A stretch of DNA of 64,000 nt from Lentisphaeria bacterium (GTDB lineage: Bacteria > Verrucomicrobiota > Lentisphaeria > JABSQK01 > JAWLHB01). A program made the translations under genes and the position numbers. Shown here piece after piece: positions 58,936 through 64,000 of this stretch; the stretch's first letter is position 1; each line of letters starts with the position of its first letter. The notes beneath the pieces are model-generated. The model did not search any database. It was not told the origin of the DNA and saw only the letters and a program-made list of their open reading frames with translations. The DNA lies in assembly GCA_041690595.1 (NCBI GenBank), contig JAWLHB010000032.1, positions 1 through 64,000 of the forward strand, given 5' to 3'.

Positions 58936-59964
58936 ATGGTGAACCAACGCAAACTGGCAACCAAGCTGAAGCTGTCGCAGGCGGCAGTCAGTAAGGCGTT
59001 GAAGGGCTCGGCGGACATATCGGAGAAGACGCGGGCGCGGGTCTTGGCGGCGGCGGCGGAGAGCGGCTATCATCCCAATCCCCTGGCGCGCGCGCTGAAT
59101 GGGGGCCGCACGGGAATGGTCGGGATCCTGACGCGTCGCTATACGGGGTACTTCTTCATTCGTCTTCAGATGGCGCTCTTCCAGGAGTTGGAGGCGCACA
59201 ACCTGGTTCCTCTGGTGTCGCTGGCCGGGGCGACAGAGGCGGAGAACGGTAAGGCGCTCGGGGCACTGTCGCGGTATCGTCCGGAAGGAATGGTGGTTTT
59301 TCAGCCGTGGCCGGAATGGACCCATCCGCAACTGACGGAGCTTTCGGCATCGGGCATGCCTGTTGTCTCACTGGCGAAGGGGGCGATCCCGGGCCTGTGC
59401 AACGTGCTCAGTGCGGAACGGGAAGCCGCGCGGGAGTTGACGGAGCATCTGCTCAGCCTTGGCCACCGTCACATTGCCTACTGGGGAGCGAGCAGCGAGG
59501 ATGGCCCGCTTGCCGCACGTGGAGAGGGTTATGTGGAGGCGCTCGAACGTGCGGGACTCTCTTGGCAATCTGCGCTGCGGATTCCTCATGTAGCATCATT
59601 GGAACGCGTGGCGATGGAAGAGGCCGTTGTGGCCTACATGCATGAACATCCGGAGACAACCGCCATTTTCTGCGAAGTTGACGACATGGCGCTAGCCGCC
59701 ATCGGCGCGCTGCGCAGGAGCGGCTACCGGATTCCCGAGGATCTTTCGATCACCGGTTTCGGAGACAACCTGAAGTATCCGAACGACATGGCGTTGCCGC
59801 CAACCACGGTATCGCATCAGCCGGAGCAGCTTGCCAAACTGGCCGTGCGTCTTCTGACGCAGGGCATCGCCGGTGAAAAGATTGCCGGCGACAATTGGGT
59901 TTACTGTAAGATAGTTCACCGCGCCTCCGTGGCGTCACCATCAAAAGAGAGGAAATTGAAATGA
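58936..59964 (+). CDS. LacI-family transcriptional regulator
   Basis: [56 protein letters not shown]. Confidence 0.92.
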   Translation: MVNQRKLATKLKLSQAAVSKALKGSADISEKTRARVLAAAAESGYHPNPLARALNGGRTGMVGILTRRYTGYFFIRLQMALFQELEAHNLVPLVSLAGATEAENGKALGALSRYRPEGMVVFQPWPEWTHPQLTELSASGMPVVSLAKGAIPGLCNVLSAEREAARELTEHLLSLGHRHIAYWGASSEDGPLAARGEGYVEALERAGLSWQSALRIPHVASLERVAMEEAVVAYMHEHPETTAIFCEVDDMALAAIGALRRSGYRIPEDLSITGFGDNLKYPNDMALPPTTVSHQPEQLAKLAVRLLTQGIAGEKIAGDNWVYCKIVHRASVASPSKERKLK

Positions 59965-60632
59965 AATCGACCCTTCACCGGCCGTCGCCATTCACCCTGA
60001 TCGAGCTTCTGGTCGTAGTCGCCATAATCAGCATCCTTGCCAGCATGCTGCTGCCGGCGCTGAGCAAGGCCCGGCGCGCAGCCAAGGACACCAAGTGCGT
60101 GAACCAGAGCAAGCAGCTGGGAACGGCAATGATGATGTACATTGACGACAGCGACGGCTATTTCCCAACCCCGGTGAGCTACTGGTGGGGCGGGCCGGCG
60201 AAGTTCCACGGACCCGGCATTGTCTTCGCACCGTACGTGAACCAGCCAGGACTTGCCCAAGTGGGGGCGAAGGGTGAGCCTATTCTGGTCTGCCCGGTGG
60301 GCGACGCCGATGGCGTGAAGGGCATGGTCGGCACCTCCCTGTGGGGCTCGCGAACCTTCAATCCGTATATGGCCGGCCGCCGCTCGAACCGTGTGCAGAA
60401 TTCGCCGGAGTACGTCATGTGGGGCTGTTCGTATGCCGTATTCGCCTACTATGTGTGGGGTGGAATCCTGGCAGCCGGTGATTGGCACAAAGGCGGCTTC
60501 AATGCCGTCTTTCATGATGGCCATGTGGGCACACTGCACAAGCAGAGAGACTGGCTCTTCCCGACCTGGGGAAAGGCGTTGACTCACATGACCGTGGACG
60601 GCAGCCAGAACACCGCCAACATACCCTATTGA
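59961..60632 (+). CDS. Prepilin-type N-terminal cleavage / H-X9-DG protein
   Basis: [55 protein letters not shown] (exact H-X9-DG); ATGA overlap with lacI. Confidence 0.9.
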   Translation: MKSTLHRPSPFTLIELLVVVAIISILASMLLPALSKARRAAKDTKCVNQSKQLGTAMMMYIDDSDGYFPTPVSYWWGGPAKFHGPGIVFAPYVNQPGLAQVGAKGEPILVCPVGDADGVKGMVGTSLWGSRTFNPYMAGRRSNRVQNSPEYVMWGCSYAVFAYYVWGGILAAGDWHKGGFNAVFHDGHVGTLHKQRDWLFPTWGKALTHMTVDGSQNTANIPY

Positions 60633-60737
60633 CGAGCAGCGCATCCTGGTGGTTGCCGTGGCGCATCGGCGGCAGTGACGCTACTATATGCATGACGCCG
60701 CGAACTGAAAAACCCTGGTATTATCAGGTCACTCACC

Positions 60738-61481
60738 ATGGATGAAGCTCTTCAGCGCTTTCAACAGGACGGATATCTGCAGCTGCACGGCTTTTTCGGG
60801 CCGGAGCGGCTGGAGGAATTGAGCGAGCAACTGGCACTGTATATCGAAAAGGTCGTCCCCTGGCTGCCTGGCAGCGAGGCCTTCTACGAGCAGAAGGGAG
60901 AGGCAAAGACACTGAAGCAACTTCCTCGCATGGGTCAGCATTTCGCTTTCTTTGACCGGCTGTTGCGGCAGTCCGAGCTGCGGGAACTGGCGGAGCGATT
61001 GCTGGAGGATGAGGTGACGCCCAAGGATGTGGCCTGGTTCAATAAGCCCGCGCGGATCGGTGACGCCACGCCTCCACATCAGGACGGACACTATTTCATG
61101 CTGGAGCCCAACGAGGCGCTGACCTTCTGGATTCCCCTCGACATCGTCGACGAAGAGAATGGTTGCGTCCGCTACATTCCCGGCTCGCATCGGCAGGGGT
61201 TGCGACCGCACACCCGCTCGAACACCCTCGGCTTCTCGCAGCATATCGACGGCTATGATGAAGCTGACCGGGCACGTGAAGTGGCCATGCCCGCAGTCCC
61301 CGGCGATATGCTGGTGCATCATTCGTTGACAATTCATCGCGCCTCGCCCAATCGCAGCGATCGTCACCGTCCCGCCATGGGCCTCATTTATTATGCTGCC
61401 CGCGCTCGCGAAGATACCGCTGCGAAGCAGCGATACCTCGACACACTCAACACCGAACTCAGCAAAGCGGGCAAAATCTAA
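60738..61481 (+). CDS. Phytanoyl-CoA dioxygenase (PhyH) family Fe(II)/2OG oxygenase
   Basis: FQQDGY, FNKP..TPPHQDG, WIPLD..ENGC..IPGSH, PGDMLVHH.LTIHRAS.NRSD..R. Confidence 0.9.
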   Translation: MDEALQRFQQDGYLQLHGFFGPERLEELSEQLALYIEKVVPWLPGSEAFYEQKGEAKTLKQLPRMGQHFAFFDRLLRQSELRELAERLLEDEVTPKDVAWFNKPARIGDATPPHQDGHYFMLEPNEALTFWIPLDIVDEENGCVRYIPGSHRQGLRPHTRSNTLGFSQHIDGYDEADRAREVAMPAVPGDMLVHHSLTIHRASPNRSDRHRPAMGLIYYAARAREDTAAKQRYLDTLNTELSKAGKI

Positions 61482-61503
61482 GCCCCGGAAAGGAAATCGA
61501 GTC

Positions 61504-62682
61504 ATGCTCATCGACAGTCACGGCAGCTTGAAACTGCGCCCGTCCACGGACAACAAACAGCTTACCATGAGTCTTGTGGGCGACATCAATCTGGGCCAGG
61601 GCATCGAAGAGCGGCTGGTGGCGGGTCAGGCCGCCTTCAGCGAGGAGATCGCGGGGCTGCTGGTAGCGGACCTTGTGGTCGGCAATCTGGAAGGGCCCCA
61701 GGTGACCAAGGCGACGGTCAACCCGGAGCGCGGAGGCATGAAGTGCCGTGCGGAGTTGTCGGCTCCCCTTTTCGAGCTGGGCTTCACGCATTTCAACCTT
61801 GCAAACAACCATACCATGGATTGCGGCGCGGATGGCATGCGGGAGACGCTCGACCTGCTGCGCCAGCGCGGCGTGGCCAACTTCGGCGCCGGGGAGAATC
61901 TGGAAGCAGCCTGCAAGCTGGTAACCGTCGAGCGCAAGGGTCTGCGCCTTGGCTTTCTCGGCTTTTCACAGCCCGAGTTGGATTCGGCGACAATGGCTGG
62001 CGCCGGCGTGGCGCCTCTGCATCGGCAGGTGGTGCTGGACGCGGTTCGCGCGGCGCAGAAGCAAGTGGATCTGCTGATCCTTTCTCTGCACGAGGGCTAT
62101 GAATTCAGTGACGTGCCCCGGCTCGACTTCTACGACTTCTGCCATGAGTTAGTCGACGAAGAAGGCGTTCGGGTGATCTACGGTCATCATCCGCATGTGC
62201 CGCATGGCATTGAAGTGCGGGGAGAGAGCCTGATCCTGTACAGTGTCGGCAACTTTGCCTTCGACCTTACCTATCACCGCGCCCATACCTACACCCGCCA
62301 CAGCGTGATCGTGAAGCTGGAGCTGGATAGCGAAGGTTGCCATGCCTTGCGCCTTGAACCGGTGGTCCTGACCGCGGAGCACCTGCTGCGTCCCGCGACG
62401 GCGACGGAGCGGCAGGATATTCTCGACCATGTGCTGGAATTGTCGCGGCTGATCCAGGATCGCCGGACGGTGGCTGATCGCAACCGCGAGTTTGTCGAGA
62501 AGGTGATGTCGGTAGTGCTGGACGCGCCCTGGCAGGCCGCGCTGCGGAACAACCGGCAGGAGTTCGAGCGCTTCTGCCGCAGCCAGATCCATCGCTGGCC
62601 GTACGCCAAGGTATTCTGCGACTTCAGTGAACAGGTGGTGGGTTACCAGCGGCTCAGCCAGTCACCGAGAGATCGCGCGTAA
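61504..62682 (+). CDS. CapA/PGA_cap-family metallophosphatase-fold protein
   Basis: VGDINL, GNLE, LANNHTMD, SLHEGYE, GHHPHV, YSVGNF. Confidence 0.85.
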   Translation: MLIDSHGSLKLRPSTDNKQLTMSLVGDINLGQGIEERLVAGQAAFSEEIAGLLVADLVVGNLEGPQVTKATVNPERGGMKCRAELSAPLFELGFTHFNLANNHTMDCGADGMRETLDLLRQRGVANFGAGENLEAACKLVTVERKGLRLGFLGFSQPELDSATMAGAGVAPLHRQVVLDAVRAAQKQVDLLILSLHEGYEFSDVPRLDFYDFCHELVDEEGVRVIYGHHPHVPHGIEVRGESLILYSVGNFAFDLTYHRAHTYTRHSVIVKLELDSEGCHALRLEPVVLTAEHLLRPATATERQDILDHVLELSRLIQDRRTVADRNREFVEKVMSVVLDAPWQAALRNNRQEFERFCRSQIHRWPYAKVFCDFSEQVVGYQRLSQSPRDRA

Positions 62683-64000
62683 GTCCGGCCCGCCAGGTGG
62701 CGGAGGTGCCTGTCGGCGTGCTGCCTCGGTCGATCCGGGCAAGTGCCGCTCGCACCTCGGCATGTTCCGCCATGCGGTCGGCGCGGATGAAAAGGGGGAT
62801 TCCCGGACATGGGGCCGGCCAATCGCGCAGGTGGCCGCTCTGTTGGCTACCGTGCCAGGCGTCGCACCACTGCCCCGGCGGCAGCGGAACGTCACGACTG
62901 GTGGCCCCGGCATCCAGAATGGGTGCGACAAAAATGTCACTGCCCAGCATGAAGGCATCGGAGACCTCATGAAGCGCCGCTTCGGTGGGCCAGTCGTACC
63001 AGAGCGGGCGCATCAATGGCACCCGCCGTTCCAGCGACTGAGCAGCAAGATAGGGAGCCAGAGCGTGGTGAACGTGGGCAAAGCCCAGGACAGCCGCGGC
63101 CGTGGCCGGCGCATAATTCCAAGGGAAATAGGAGAGCTGGAAGAGAGGGAAGAAGGCGGAAAGCTCTGTCCACCGGATCATCAGTTCGTCAGTGGGCAGC
63201 GGGAAGTTCTCGTCGAGGGTCTGGACGCGTCCGGGCACCATGTCGGGAATCAGCAGGTCGTAGCCGAGGAGGCCCAGGTGCAGCCCCAGAGTGGCCACCG
63301 CCTTCAGACCATTGTCCAGCTCCCAGTGGGAATCCTTGCCGCCTTCGCGCCAAAGAATGGAGCGGGACTGGGAGAGCCAGGCGGTACGCGTTTCGCAGCG
63401 ATTGGGGACGAGCTCCTCGAAGATCGCCAGCAACTGATCGGAGTAGCCACTGGCGCCGGGAGGCTCGTGCCAGGCGCAGTCCGCCGCGGGGGGATGGTAC
63501 TTGTGGTCGCCGCCGTCGATCTTGAAGCCATCGGCACCAAGCTCCAGCAGCCCCACCAGCTTGTCACGATACCACTGCCGCCCCTGAGGCGCGGTGACAT
63601 CGACCAGGCCGGCCGTGCCGCCCCACCAGGTGAGCCGTGCCGCTCCAGTGCCCGATCTGTCCGGCACGAGAACGCCGGCGCGCGCCAGCTCCTGAAAATG
63701 GCATGACTCGACGTTGACAAAGGGAGTCACCCAGAGCCAGACCTCGAAGTCCAGCGCGTGAAGCGTATCGAACATGGCTCGTGGATCGGGGAAGTCCTGT
63801 TCGGCAAAGCATAGTTCGCCAAAGCAGCGCTCCCAGCGGTCGTCGATGATGATCGTGCGGGAGGGATAGCCGCGGTCGCGAATCTGGCGTCCCATCTCTT
63901 CGATGCGCTGCTGGGTGATGCATCGCGGGTACTGCGTCCAAGTGCAGAAGAGGGTGTCGCCAAAGCGTTCGGCCGGTGGAGCGGCATTCGGCCAGCGCAC
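62654..64000 (-). CDS. GH31 alpha-glycosidase, 5' part beyond the window
   Basis: IIIDDRW, LWVTPF, DGFKIDGG, IPDMVPG, ELMIRW, PLMRPLW, FMLGSDIFVAP. Confidence 0.8.
   Translation of the reverse strand: MRWPNAAPPAERFGDTLFCTWTQYPRCITQQRIEEMGRQIRDRGYPSRTIIIDDRWERCFGELCFAEQDFPDPRAMFDTLHALDFEVWLWVTPFVNVESCHFQELARAGVLVPDRSGTGAARLTWWGGTAGLVDVTAPQGRQWYRDKLVGLLELGADGFKIDGGDHKYHPPAADCAWHEPPGASGYSDQLLAIFEELVPNRCETRTAWLSQSRSILWREGGKDSHWELDNGLKAVATLGLHLGLLGYDLLIPDMVPGRVQTLDENFPLPTDELMIRWTELSAFFPLFQLSYFPWNYAPATAAAVLGFAHVHHALAPYLAAQSLERRVPLMRPLWYDWPTEAALHEVSDAFMLGSDIFVAPILDAGATSRDVPLPPGQWCDAWHGSQQSGHLRDWPAPCPGIPLFIRADRMAEHAEVRAALARIDRGSTPTGTSATWRAGLTRDLSVTG

Noticed and set aside
61504..62682. Poly-gamma-glutamate capsule synthesis locus
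   Set aside because: Only a CapA-like domain is present; no capB/capC homologues are adjacent.
55302..64000. Genomic island integrated at tRNA-Gly
   Set aside because: No integrase next to the tRNA, no duplicated tRNA 3' end noticed, and composition resembles the flanks; the right boundary is outside the window.

Overview
GC-rich bacterial chromosome segment, most consistent with a PVC-superphylum organism, probably Lentisphaerota (inference from many prepilin/H-X9-DG genes, rpmD missing between rpsE and rplO, LpxI, a COX24/AURKAIP1-type small basic protein and many glycoside hydrolases). Left end (1-2.5 kb): a tandem array of near-identical, mosaic class III (prepilin-type) H-X9-DG genes (three intact, one truncated, one leader-only fragment) interleaved with four copies of a 9-bp-periodic repeat element; this is the best candidate for an undescribed recombination-driven diversification system. 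It faces a divergent excisionase-type HTH/Zn-ribbon gene coupled to serS, followed by an LtaS-like/GDPD fusion, another pilin-like gene and a GT4. Middle: an S10-spc ribosomal block that starts abruptly at rplV behind an unrelated exported protein and ends at secY; Mut7-C, GH38, DnaQ-like, GH29, AsmA-like, pyrH/tsf/rpsB, a 31-aa basic ORF missed by the ORF track, lpxI-lipA, and an unusual pair of an atypical receiver/DUF4388/pseudo-GTPase/Zn-ribbon protein with a zinc-finger-less ClpX-like ATPase carrying a duplicated small domain. Right: ftsQ-like, DAG kinase, pheS, DEAD-box helicase, GH3, FAD oxidoreductase, TamA/TamB, tRNA-Gly(GCC), then a LacI-type glycan locus (heparinase II/III-like lipoprotein, LacI, pilin-like, PhyH, CapA-like, GH31) with a perfect 14-bp palindromic operator candidate. 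The + strand appears to change from C-rich to G-rich around 30-35 kb regardless of gene direction. No CRISPR array, rRNA, integrase, transposase or reverse transcriptase was seen. All product calls come from motif recognition by eye; no database searches were run.
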